64,000 nucleotides of DNA, from NCBI GenBank assembly GCA_009691255.1, contig SHUT01000001.1:865-64864 (forward strand), written 5' to 3'. The notes beneath the pieces were generated by a model, which worked only from the letters and a program-made list of their open reading frames with translations, was not told the DNA's origin and ran no database searches. Shown piece after piece: positions 9,650 through 20,093 of this stretch (position 1 is the first letter of the stretch; the number at the start of each line of letters is the position of its first letter). This stretch comes from Ilumatobacteraceae bacterium. GTDB taxonomy: Bacteria; Actinomycetota; Acidimicrobiia; Acidimicrobiales; Ilumatobacteraceae. The position numbers and the translations under genes are program-made.

Positions 9650-10519
9650 TCAGTAGGTGTAAAAGCCTGCGCTTGTCTTGCGTCCGAGTTTTCCGGCGGT
9701 CACGAGACGACGCAATGTTGGCACTGCTGCGTAGTTGGGGTCTGCAAATTCAGCGTAGAGCGCGTCAAGAATCGAGACAGACGTGTCAAGCCCAACGAGA
9801 TCGAGTAAAGCGAACGGCCCCATCGGGAAGTTGCAACCACCTTTCATGGCGGTGTCGATGTCCTCCATAGATGCAGTGCCAGTTTCCCAGATTCGAACGG
9901 CGTTATTGAGATACGGGAACAACAACGCATTGACAATAAAACCAGCACAGTCTTTTACTTGAACGCCACTTTTGCCACACGCTGTAACAAACTCATTCGC
10001 CGTTGACATGGTGTCATCTGATGCAGTGATTGGGCGCACTACTTCAACAAGGGGCATTGCTGTTGCTGGATTAAAGAAGTGAATACCGCACACTTGGGCA
10101 GGGCGTTGGGTGGCCATTGCCATATCTACTACTGGGAGTGTGCTGGTGTTGGTAGCAAGAATTGCTGAAGGCTTCACAATCGTGTCGAGTTCTGCGAAGA
10201 GTTGTTTTTTTATGGCGAGATCTTCGACCACTGATTCAATAATGAGATCGCAATCAGCAAGGTCAGCAAGATTTGATGTTGCACTGAGGCGTGACAAGAT
10301 ATTTGCTTTATCGTCAGCTGTGATTTTTTCGCGTTGAACCTGCTTGTCAAGTCCCTTGGCGATGCTGGTGATCATCGCGTCGGCAGCAGATGCCTTGCGT
10401 GACCGAACGATAACCGTGAAGCCTGCCTTGGCCGCAACTTCGGCGAGCCCAGAGCCCATGATTCCGGAGCCCAAGATTCCGACGGTGGAGATTGTGTTTG
10501 CTTTGTGTTGTTCTGACAT
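9650..10519 (-). CDS. 3-hydroxybutyryl-CoA / 3-hydroxyacyl-CoA dehydrogenase
   Basis: 289 aa with NAD fold GILGSGIMGSG and a HFFNP motif. The length is typical of Hbd. Confidence 0.85.
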   Translation of the reverse strand: MSEQHKANTISTVGILGSGIMGSGLAEVAAKAGFTVIVRSRKASAADAMITSIAKGLDKQVQREKITADDKANILSRLSATSNLADLADCDLIIESVVEDLAIKKQLFAELDTIVKPSAILATNTSTLPVVDMAMATQRPAQVCGIHFFNPATAMPLVEVVRPITASDDTMSTANEFVTACGKSGVQVKDCAGFIVNALLFPYLNNAVRIWETGTASMEDIDTAMKGGCNFPMGPFALLDLVGLDTSVSILDALYAEFADPNYAAVPTLRRLVTAGKLGRKTSAGFYTY

Positions 10520-10568
10520 TTGATTGAGGGTAACAATTCAGACACCTTTGTCCCCTACCGTGTGATTC

Positions 10569-11330
10569 ATGGATACAACTACTCCCCACAGACTGGTTCC
10601 CCTGCAGGCCGTTCATAACTTCAGAGATATTGGTGGATACCTTGGCGAGGCTGATTTGATGGTCAAGAGGGGCGTGTTGTACCGCGCCGATGGGCTTTAT
10701 CGACTCACGGCGAGCGATATCGAGGTGGTGCGAACACTGGGCATTAAGACCGTTATTGACCTGCGTTCTGGTGACGAACTCAACAACGTTGGCACCTTCC
10801 CGCGCGAGGCCTATGAGGTGCAATTTCATCATGTGCCAATAATTGACACCACTTGGCAGCACAGCGATGTTCCAGATTTTGGTCAAGACACTGATTTCTT
10901 GATTTGGGCCTATACCGAGATGTTGTCAGAAGGTGCCGCCCAGTTTCAGCGCGCATTCTCCATTATTTCCGACTGGCCACAGACGCCGTTGGTGTATCAC
11001 TGTGCTGCTGGCAAAGATCGCACCGGTCTATTGACGATGTTGCTACTCGGAGTTCTTGGCGTCGATGATGACGTGATTGTGCGCGATTATGCATTATCAG
11101 AACCTGCGATGGTGCGAATGATGGAGTGGGCACACACTGAGTATCCAGATCTTGAGACACGCATGGCGGCTTCACCAAAGTATTTTCTGTCGGCAAATCC
11201 GCTCGCTATGACGCGGCTCATCAAAATGTTGCGCGAGCAGCATAAAGATTTTTATGGAATCGCAGCATCACTCGGAATCACTGAACCAGCAATTGAATCG
11301 CTGAAATCAATGATGTTGATTGCGAACTAG
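10569..11330 (+). CDS. protein-tyrosine phosphatase (Y_phosphatase3-like)
   Basis: CX5R active-site loop HCAAGKDRTG. 253 aa. Confidence 0.75.
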   Translation: MDTTTPHRLVPLQAVHNFRDIGGYLGEADLMVKRGVLYRADGLYRLTASDIEVVRTLGIKTVIDLRSGDELNNVGTFPREAYEVQFHHVPIIDTTWQHSDVPDFGQDTDFLIWAYTEMLSEGAAQFQRAFSIISDWPQTPLVYHCAAGKDRTGLLTMLLLGVLGVDDDVIVRDYALSEPAMVRMMEWAHTEYPDLETRMAASPKYFLSANPLAMTRLIKMLREQHKDFYGIAASLGITEPAIESLKSMMLIAN

Positions 11331-11340
11331 TTCAGGAGAT

Positions 11341-12198
11341 CTATTTTTCTGTAATTACTACAGATGCAATCTTTACTTCACGGCTCGGAGCACCACCGAG
11401 TTGACCACTGCCAGCGTTGAGGCCGATAATTGTTTTAGCGACATCAAGACCCTTGGTGACTTTGCCGAACACGACGTATGTTCCCTGGCCATCGAGTGCA
11501 GATGCGTTTGGTCCGGTGACAATAAAGAATTGTCCTCCAGCGCTGTTTGGCTCGTCAGTGCGGGCCATCACGATGTCGCCTTCAGAGTATTTGTAACCGC
11601 TGCCTTCGTCTTCAATGGTGTAGCCAGGGTCGTCTGTATTTGATTCGCCACCACCCTGGATGATGTCAATGCTGGGGTCTGTTCGAAAGATGAACGAGCC
11701 GTTGTAATACTTGTATCGCGACAAGGTGACGAAGTTGTTCACTGTCTTGGGTGTCTTGGTTGTGTCGAGGGCAATTTCGATTGCACCTTCTGATGTGTCA
11801 AAAGTCGCCGTGTAGGACTTTTTGGCGTCAATGCACATTGGCGGTGCCTTGGTGAAGTTTGTAGTGCGTACTGCCGTGCCATCTGTTGGCGGGCACTTCG
11901 TATCACCCTCAATTTGTGCGCCTGGCGTGGTGGACAATGTGGTGTCTGATGTGGCAACCGTGGTGTCTGATGTGGCAACCGTGGTGTCTGATGTGGCAAC
12001 CGTGGTGTCTGTAGTACTTGTGGAATCAGTCGTGATGAAGTATTTCGACACTGCCCAGAGCGCAAGTATGGCCACGGGGATACCGATACCATAGCGAATT
12101 GCCCGCTGTTTGATGACGGCATTTCGCTGTGCTTTTTGGCGCCCTTCACGAGCGATGTTTCGGTTTGCCTTCTTGCGTTCGCGTTTATCTGTTCCCAT
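11341..12198 (-). CDS. membrane-anchored cyclophilin-type peptidyl-prolyl isomerase
   Basis: Basic N-terminus, one TM helix, a Thr-rich repeat linker, then a cyclophilin domain (FIFRTDPSIDIIQGG, GGQFFIVTG). Confidence 0.8.
   Translation of the reverse strand: MGTDKRERKKANRNIAREGRQKAQRNAVIKQRAIRYGIGIPVAILALWAVSKYFITTDSTSTTDTTVATSDTTVATSDTTVATSDTTLSTTPGAQIEGDTKCPPTDGTAVRTTNFTKAPPMCIDAKKSYTATFDTSEGAIEIALDTTKTPKTVNNFVTLSRYKYYNGSFIFRTDPSIDIIQGGGESNTDDPGYTIEDEGSGYKYSEGDIVMARTDEPNSAGGQFFIVTGPNASALDGQGTYVVFGKVTKGLDVAKTIIGLNAGSGQLGGAPSREVKIASVVITEK
11939..12011. repeat. perfect 21-bp tandem repeat (3 full copies plus a 10-nt partial copy) inside the PPIase linker
   Basis: The unit GTGGTGTCTGATGTGGCAACC occurs at 11939-11959, 11960-11980 and 11981-12001. 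It encodes TTVATSD x3 on the minus strand. Confidence 0.95.
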
Positions 12199-12240
12199 GA
12201 ACTCTGCAGGCTACCGCCTCGCCGATAACCTGATTAATCG

Positions 12241-13503
12241 GTGGCACTAATCGTTCAAAAATATGGCGGCACTTCGGTGGCCGACCCCGACCGCATAAAG
12301 GCGGTGGCCGCCCATGTGGCGACCTCGGTCGCTGACGGCGATCAGGTTGTAGTTGTGGTATCTGCAATGGGTAAAACCACAGATAACTTGCTGGCCCTCG
12401 CTCACCAGGTATCGAGTGTTCATCCTGTGCGCGAACTAGACATGTTGCTTACAACGGGCGAGCGCATCTCAATGGCACTGATGTGCATGGCACTCGCTGA
12501 CGTCGGAGTAGATGCCGTCAGTTTCACCGGTTCACAAGTGGGGATTATTACCGACACGGCCCACACCAAGGCAAAGATCATAGAAGTCAAAGCAGATCGC
12601 GTGCGTGAAGCAGTCGCGTTGGGCAAGGTTGCCGTTGTTGCAGGTTTCCAGGGTGTCTCTACCGAACGAGAGATCACCACATTGGGTCGGGGCGGCAGCG
12701 ATACAACGGCAGTCGCCCTAGCCGTGGCCATGAACGCAGATGTTTGCGAGATCTACACCGATGTCACCGGCGTATTTTCTGCTGATCCGCGCATTGTGCC
12801 AATGGCTCGCAAACTTGCACATCTAGAATTTGAAGAAATGCTCGAGATTGCAGGAGCAGGCAGTGCCGTTCTTGCACTTCGGGCAGTTGAGTTTGCACGT
12901 CGACACGGCGTACCAATTCACGTGCGTTCAAGTTTTACGTGGGAGCAAGGAACATGGATATCAGACGTTTTGTCAGAAGGAGAATCCACAATGGAAGAGC
13001 CAGTCATTTCGGGTGTTGTACACGATGCAGCCGAGTCAAAAATTACAATACGCAGTGTGCCAGACAGACCGGGCGTGTCCGCAGCACTTTTTGAGCCACT
13101 CGCTGCAGCCAACATCAACGTGGACATGATTGTGCAAAATACATCCAAAGAAGGATCGACAGATGTGTCTTTTACTGTTCCAAAGTCCGAACTTCAACAC
13201 GCAGAAAAAATCGTCCGACAAGTTGCTAAAGAAATTGGCGCTCAAGATGTGACAAGTGATTCAGAGATTGCCAAAGTATCGTTGGTAGGTGCTGGTATGA
13301 AAACAAGTCCAGGTATTGCAGCACAGATGTTTCGCGTGTGTGCCCAAAACGATGTCAATATACACATGATCTCGACTAGTACGATTCGAGTGTCGGTGGT
13401 GGTGGCATCTTCTGACATGGAACGTATTGTCAGGGCACTACATACCGCATTTGGCCTTGACGGCGACACTGCATATTCCGCACCTTTACCGGTGCGCGAG
13501 TAA
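12241..13503 (+). CDS. lysC: aspartate kinase
   Basis: 420 aa with N-terminal VQKYGGTSV and two C-terminal ACT domains. GTG start. An internal in-frame ATG at 12991 has a good SD. Confidence 0.9.
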   Translation: MALIVQKYGGTSVADPDRIKAVAAHVATSVADGDQVVVVVSAMGKTTDNLLALAHQVSSVHPVRELDMLLTTGERISMALMCMALADVGVDAVSFTGSQVGIITDTAHTKAKIIEVKADRVREAVALGKVAVVAGFQGVSTEREITTLGRGGSDTTAVALAVAMNADVCEIYTDVTGVFSADPRIVPMARKLAHLEFEEMLEIAGAGSAVLALRAVEFARRHGVPIHVRSSFTWEQGTWISDVLSEGESTMEEPVISGVVHDAAESKITIRSVPDRPGVSAALFEPLAAANINVDMIVQNTSKEGSTDVSFTVPKSELQHAEKIVRQVAKEIGAQDVTSDSEIAKVSLVGAGMKTSPGIAAQMFRVCAQNDVNIHMISTSTIRVSVVVASSDMERIVRALHTAFGLDGDTAYSAPLPVRE

Positions 13504-13513
13504 GAATGGATAC

Positions 13514-14362
13514 ATGAGTCGTAGTCGCCCGCATCTCACTCCCTGGAAAGCTGCCGGAAAAAGAACAGAGCGCGGAACAACGGCAGATCAAGTCGTGCGC
13601 GATACGGGTTGGGTATTCAACAACGAAACTGGCAACACTCTCACACTCGAGCAGTTCGTCGAAACTGGTAACGAAGAAGCCGACAAGTATTTACGTCGTT
13701 TCGGCTTGATGGCGACAGCAAGTAGCAAAAGCATTGTTGAGATCGGCTCTGGGATTGGTCGCATGACGGCTGCTTTTACGCGCGTGTTTGGGACTGTCGT
13801 AGCAACTGATGTTGATGCCGCATTTCTCGAACGTTGCCGCGAAACAGTAGCTAAGTTCGGCAACACATCAACATTGCGCACCACGCATATTGCCGATGGG
13901 CGCACTATTGCGCTGCCATCTCAAAGTGTTGATGTTGTGTTTTCTTACATCACACTGCAGCACTGCAAACACGATGATGCCTTGGCTCTGACGGCTGAAG
14001 CGTGCAGAATCGTCAAGCCAGGCGGGCGACTAATTCTCAATTACCGCACATGGGTGTTGTCAGATGTGTTTCTTATCCCGTTAAGTGCAATCATGCGAGT
14101 GTTGTGGCATACGCCCGTCATTGGCGAACAGCTGTCTCGGTGGCGATGGTCAACGCGCCTTGGTTGGCAGGCCAATCGCCTCAGCCCACGACAGGTGTAT
14201 GCCCATCTTGAGTCGCTTGGGATCCAACTCCAGACGCCAAAGGCATTTTCGGGGGGTATTCGGGTGCGACGGCCAGTCAGCATTGGGACAACGCAAGTCT
14301 TACATGACGAGTTTCCGATGGGCAATAAAAGTCATTGGTGGCTGGTTGCTCATCGCAGTTAG
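13514..14362 (+). CDS. class I SAM-dependent methyltransferase
   Basis: Motif I VEIGSGIGRMT. Start moved to ATG 13514, just after the lysC stop. Confidence 0.65.
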   Translation: MSRSRPHLTPWKAAGKRTERGTTADQVVRDTGWVFNNETGNTLTLEQFVETGNEEADKYLRRFGLMATASSKSIVEIGSGIGRMTAAFTRVFGTVVATDVDAAFLERCRETVAKFGNTSTLRTTHIADGRTIALPSQSVDVVFSYITLQHCKHDDALALTAEACRIVKPGGRLILNYRTWVLSDVFLIPLSAIMRVLWHTPVIGEQLSRWRWSTRLGWQANRLSPRQVYAHLESLGIQLQTPKAFSGGIRVRRPVSIGTTQVLHDEFPMGNKSHWWLVAHRS

Positions 14363-15799
<1,437 letters not shown>

Positions 15800-15824
15800 G
15801 CCACAACTCTACTGTTGGGCACCG

Positions 15825-16859
15825 CTAGGGCGCTAATAACGAAGTCGCTAGGTCGGTGATTCCGTCTAGGTCAATGATGTCGTTGGACCGTTCTGCAACA
15901 CGAAGACACGATGTCGATGGTAGGGCGAGCATAAATCCCGCCAGTTGAGAATCGGCTTGCTCGGCTTCGGCATGAAGTTGGGCCAGATTGCGCCAAAGGT
16001 CCCCGTCAGGGTCTTGTGCATGAGAGAGCGCAACCTCGGCTGCAGTATCACCAAACCGTGGAGGCATCCGATTGGCAATAACGAGTTCGATTGCGATGTT
16101 GTTTTGTCGCAAGCCGTCAGCAAAAAACGCGGCTTCTTCGAGGGTATCGGCGCGGGCCGATGCCACCAAAACAAACGATGTAGTGGGGCCACGAAGCAGT
16201 ATCGAACTTTGTCTGGCGCGTTGACGGAAGCCGTCCTCTATGCCAGCGAAAGCTCGCAGAAATGCAATCGCATCGTCAAGGGCAGCAGTTCCAACAAGTT
16301 TTCCGGCGGTACGCACTACTGGTTGTAGTGCGCCCGTAATGAGTTTCATTCCTGTCAGGGTGGAAGAGATGAGCAATTTGAAAAGTCGATGTTCTAAAAA
16401 CCGCGCGAGGCGTTCGGGTGCTTCAACAAATGCGAGTGCAGATCGCGTTGGTGGCGTATCGACGATGACAAGATCAAAGCGCTCATCAGCATGCAGCGCA
16501 AGCAGACGTTCGGCGGCAATGTAGTCGCGAGTTCCGCTTATCGAGCGAGACACATTGCGGTAAAAAGTGTTCTGAAGTATTTTAGTTGTCTGTTCCTCAT
16601 CTTTTGCGTATCGCGATACGAGAGAATCGAATGTTTCTCCGACGTCAAGCATGGTTGCCCACATCTGACCGTCACCTATTTGTTGCACTAAAACTGGTTC
16701 GTTGCCAATCTCATGGCGCAGACCAATTGCGTCTGCAAGTCGTCGAGCAGGATCAATTGTGATGACAATGGCACGACGACCGATCTGTGCGGCTGAAAGA
16801 GCGAGGGCTGCTGCAACTGAAGTTTTGCCGACACCGCTCGGGGTCAGCGAGCATGTCAA
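15825..16859 (-). CDS. ArsA/Get3-family ATPase (Rv3680-like), N-terminus apparently lost
   Basis: GVGKTSVAAALALSAAQIGRRAIVITIDPARRLA matches the family. The Walker A glycines upstream of GVGKT are missing (TPSGVGKT). There is no convincing start of its own, only a TTG at 16859. Confidence 0.6.
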   Translation of the reverse strand: MTCSLTPSGVGKTSVAAALALSAAQIGRRAIVITIDPARRLADAIGLRHEIGNEPVLVQQIGDGQMWATMLDVGETFDSLVSRYAKDEEQTTKILQNTFYRNVSRSISGTRDYIAAERLLALHADERFDLVIVDTPPTRSALAFVEAPERLARFLEHRLFKLLISSTLTGMKLITGALQPVVRTAGKLVGTAALDDAIAFLRAFAGIEDGFRQRARQSSILLRGPTTSFVLVASARADTLEEAAFFADGLRQNNIAIELVIANRMPPRFGDTAAEVALSHAQDPDGDLWRNLAQLHAEAEQADSQLAGFMLALPSTSCLRVAERSNDIIDLDGITDLATSLLAP

Positions 16860-17337
16860 GAATCTCGATTGCTTGGTTATGTATCGGGCCTCCGCTCACT
16901 GCTTGGCGCAACGACAATGGCGCTCGCAATAATCCAATGGCTTGTCCAGCAGGTGGGCCATCAACAATGATGAGATCCCAATCACCCGCTCGCTCAAGTT
17001 GTTTGATTTTTCCAAGAATCAAAAGGTCATCGATTCCCGGAGCCGTGGAGGCAACTAAATCAACTATTCCGGCTGCCAACAGACGTCGCGAAACTTGTCC
17101 TAGCCCGAGGGAATCGAAATAATCTGCCAATGCAGCTCCAGGGGTGATGGCCAGCCTCTGTACCCTTTCATCGAGGCCAGCAATGGCATTTTTGCCCTCA
17201 ATTTAAACCAAAAGGGTGTGAAGTCCGACACTTGCAGCCGCATTGGCAAGCGCCGCGGCCACCACCGATTTCCCAACTCCGCCTTTGCCCGCCACAATGA
17301 GTACACGCGATGCGTTGAGAAAGTGTCGTGTATCCAT
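16753..17337 (-). pseudogene. ArsA/Get3-family ATPase (Rv3679-like) remnant with an in-frame TAA and a missing C-terminal half
   Basis: My translation from ATG 17337 gives MDTRHFLNASRVLIVAGKGGVGKSVVAAALANAAASVGLHTLLV-TAA-IEGKNAIAGL..., continuing in frame into ORF 16753..17130. The family-like sequence stops at ...ILDMLADPER, after which the frame reads gene-2 DNA out of frame. Confidence 0.7.
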
Positions 17338-17352
17338 CAGTCGGAGGCCTTA

Positions 17353-18780
17353 GTGCGAAAAATATCAAGCATCACCATGATGCTGGGTTTGGCAATACCA
17401 GTGTTGTCGCCAATCGCAAGCGTGCTCGCATCGTGGAATGTGGCGAACGCTGCCCGTGTTGTTGAAGCCGTCGCTGCACCACATGTTGCTAATGGTGTCA
17501 TATCTGCAACTGCCGCGCCTGATCTTGCACTCGTTGATGTTATAGAAGTCAGTGGCATCATTGACGAGATCGCTGTCGATGCAATCGAGCGGTCACTAGA
17601 GAAGGCCTCGGCGCACCGATCTCAAGCAGTCATCTTGCAACTCAATAGCCGCGGGGCAGTCGTGAGTCGTGCGCGCATGACAGAACTTCTTGAAACAATC
17701 AAGACATCAATAATCCCCGTTGCTGTGTGGGTTGGACCATCTGGTTCGCGGGCCTACGGAATGCCAGCGCAGATACTTGCAGTCGCAGATGTGACGGCGA
17801 TGGCGCCCGGCACACGGATTGGACGCATTGGTGTCCCGCTAAAAGTTGGTGGTGTAAGTATTTCGTTCGGCAAAGCAGATGAAGTTCTCGGAACACAAAC
17901 ACTTGGCTTCTTGGAAGCTCGTGAGCAAAATGCACTCAAGTTCGCAACTGATGATCGAGGTGTTCCGGTATTGCGCAACATGCTGTATGTGCTTGATGGC
18001 GTCACCGTCAAAGGTGTCACTCTTGATACGGTGTCCGACACTGTTGATGCAAACGGCCAAGTTGTACGCGAAGCAACGACAGTTCGATTTTTTAAACTAG
18101 GACTCCTGCCAAGACTTTTGCATACCGTGGCGAGTCCACCGTCTGCTTTGTTGTTGCTCACGATTGGTCTGGCGCTTTTGATTTTTGAGTTTTTTACTGC
18201 TGGCATTGGCATTGCTGGCGTGGTCGGAGCCGTTTGTCTAATTCTTGGTTCGCTTGGTGCAGGTGCATTGCCCCTCAATGGTGTTGGGCTTCTCTTGCTG
18301 CTGCTGTCAATGGTGGCGTGTGCTGTTGACGTGCAGGTAGGTGTTCCTCGTCTGTGGACTGGCGTCGGAATAGCAATGTATTCAGCGTCAACATTTTTTC
18401 TCTTTCGTTCGGTCGATGGCCTGACATTGCGTCCTTCGTGGATCACATTGTTGGTCTGCATTGGCGGACTAGCGCTCACTTTCATTGTCGGAATGCCATC
18501 AATGACACGAACTAGATTCGGCACGCCAACGATTGGTCGTGACAAATTGATCGGAGCTCAAGGTATTACGGTTGGTGCGATTGATCCAGAAGGCACAGTT
18601 CGTGTTGATGGCGCGCAGTGGCACGCGCGTACAAACCGAGCCACCCCATTAACTAGTGGCCAACCCGTTCGAGTTGCAGCAATTGACGGCATCACTTTAT
18701 TGATCGAGCCCCTCGAAGGCGCTGCACGCGATTATCGAGAGATGCGCAAGAACGATTCACCTGAGACAGTGGCGGATTAA
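17353..18780 (+). CDS. NfeD-family membrane protein, long form (ClpP-like domain + TM region + C-terminal OB domain)
   Basis: GTG 17353 lies 5 nt after GGAGG. Signal/TM N-terminus, a MAPGTRIG ClpP-class segment, 4-5 TM helices, and C-terminal GTVRVDGAQWHART...VRV (NfeD OB). Confidence 0.75.
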   Translation: MRKISSITMMLGLAIPVLSPIASVLASWNVANAARVVEAVAAPHVANGVISATAAPDLALVDVIEVSGIIDEIAVDAIERSLEKASAHRSQAVILQLNSRGAVVSRARMTELLETIKTSIIPVAVWVGPSGSRAYGMPAQILAVADVTAMAPGTRIGRIGVPLKVGGVSISFGKADEVLGTQTLGFLEAREQNALKFATDDRGVPVLRNMLYVLDGVTVKGVTLDTVSDTVDANGQVVREATTVRFFKLGLLPRLLHTVASPPSALLLLTIGLALLIFEFFTAGIGIAGVVGAVCLILGSLGAGALPLNGVGLLLLLLSMVACAVDVQVGVPRLWTGVGIAMYSASTFFLFRSVDGLTLRPSWITLLVCIGGLALTFIVGMPSMTRTRFGTPTIGRDKLIGAQGITVGAIDPEGTVRVDGAQWHARTNRATPLTSGQPVRVAAIDGITLLIEPLEGAARDYREMRKNDSPETVAD

Positions 18781-18786
18781 AAGCCA

Positions 18787-19242
18787 ATGTTTCTGTTGAT
18801 TTTTGCTGTCATCATTGCAGTGCCATTGATTGAGATATATTTTGTTGTCAAGATTGGTTCTGTCGTAGGTGTTGTCCCGACTATTGCACTACTGTTTGTG
18901 ATTTCGGTTTTCGGGTCCAGGGTCGTGAAGCATCAGGGGCTACGGGTCTGGCGCAAGTTCAACGAACAAGTAAGCAGTGGCAACGTGCCTTCTCGAGAAC
19001 TTGTCGAAGGTGTCTGCCTGCTTCTTGCCGGGGCACTCCTCATCGCTCCTGGTTTTTTTACGGATCTTCTGGGTTTCTTGCTCTTGCTCCCACCGGTGCG
19101 ACTTGTCGTTGCAAAAATTATTGGTGCTCGCACTGCAAATAAAGCCCAAGTAATTCGTGCCACTTACGGCAAACCTATTGTCGACATTCAAGAGCATCGT
19201 CACGATGACGCAGATAATGCGACGCGAGAACTAGACCAATGA
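18787..19242 (+). CDS. FxsA-family cytoplasmic membrane protein
   Basis: 151 aa with PLIEIYFVVKIG and LLIAPGFFTDLLGFLLLLPPVR, both typical of FxsA. Confidence 0.75.
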   Translation: MFLLIFAVIIAVPLIEIYFVVKIGSVVGVVPTIALLFVISVFGSRVVKHQGLRVWRKFNEQVSSGNVPSRELVEGVCLLLAGALLIAPGFFTDLLGFLLLLPPVRLVVAKIIGARTANKAQVIRATYGKPIVDIQEHRHDDADNATRELDQ

Positions 19243-20093
19243 GTATGCCGCGCAGTAGTGGACCGGGCAAGGACGAACCATTTGATCCACTCACAGTTCC
19301 CATTAGTCCAGCCGCGACGGTGTTATTGGTGCGCGATGATGAAACAGGTCTTGATGTATTTATGTTACGTAGAACCTTCTCTGCGGCGTTTGCAAGCGGG
19401 ATGTATGTTTTTCCGGGCGGAAGAGTTGATGACTCTGATTTCCACGACGAACTGGGAGAAGTCTGTGACGGGCTCACCGACGAACATGCGAGTTCTCTGC
19501 TCCAGATTCCGCGTAATGGTTTGTCGTATTGGGTCGCAGCAATTCGTGAATGCTTCGAAGAAGCAGGCGTGCTCTTGGCTAGACATGCTGACTCTGGAGA
19601 TGTCGTGCGTTTTGACACCCCTGAGGTGATTGAAAGATTCGAAAGGGCGCGTCATCTAGTGCATGAAGGACAACTTTCGTTGGCGCAACTCTGCCGTCAA
19701 GAAAATCTTCGCCTCACGACAGATGCGATTCACTATGTCAGTCATTGGATTACTCCGGCTGGCGAGCGACGACGATTCGATACGCGGTTTTTTGTGGCGC
19801 GTGCGCCACAAGCACAAGAACCATTGCACGACGACGGCGAGACCATTGAAAGCCTGTGGGTGAAACCACACGAAGCACTGAGCCGCTTCGCGGCAGGTGA
19901 TTTGCAAATGTTGCCCCCAACAATTAGCAGCCTTGAATTCTTGCTTGACTCTACGACGGCCGATGACGCCTTAGACGCTGCTCGCAAAGTTGGTGTGCCA
20001 CCAGTGATTGAGCCTCGCCTTCGACTCAACTCTGATGGCAAAGTTATTGCCGTTGTGATGCCGGGCGAATCTGGCTACGACGAACTTGGTTAG
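19239..20093 (+). CDS. NUDIX-family hydrolase
   Basis: Nudix-box-like segment AAIRECFEEAGV preceded by FPGGRVD. 4-nt overlap with the fxsA-like gene. Confidence 0.65.
   Translation: MSMPRSSGPGKDEPFDPLTVPISPAATVLLVRDDETGLDVFMLRRTFSAAFASGMYVFPGGRVDDSDFHDELGEVCDGLTDEHASSLLQIPRNGLSYWVAAIRECFEEAGVLLARHADSGDVVRFDTPEVIERFERARHLVHEGQLSLAQLCRQENLRLTTDAIHYVSHWITPAGERRRFDTRFFVARAPQAQEPLHDDGETIESLWVKPHEALSRFAAGDLQMLPPTISSLEFLLDSTTADDALDAARKVGVPPVIEPRLRLNSDGKVIAVVMPGESGYDELG

Noticed and set aside
17754-18545. 263-aa minus-strand ORF inside the NfeD gene.
   Set aside because: It is an antisense shadow ORF. The composition is Pro/Ser/Arg/Thr-rich and low in complexity, there are no motifs, and it lies fully within a well-supported plus-strand gene.
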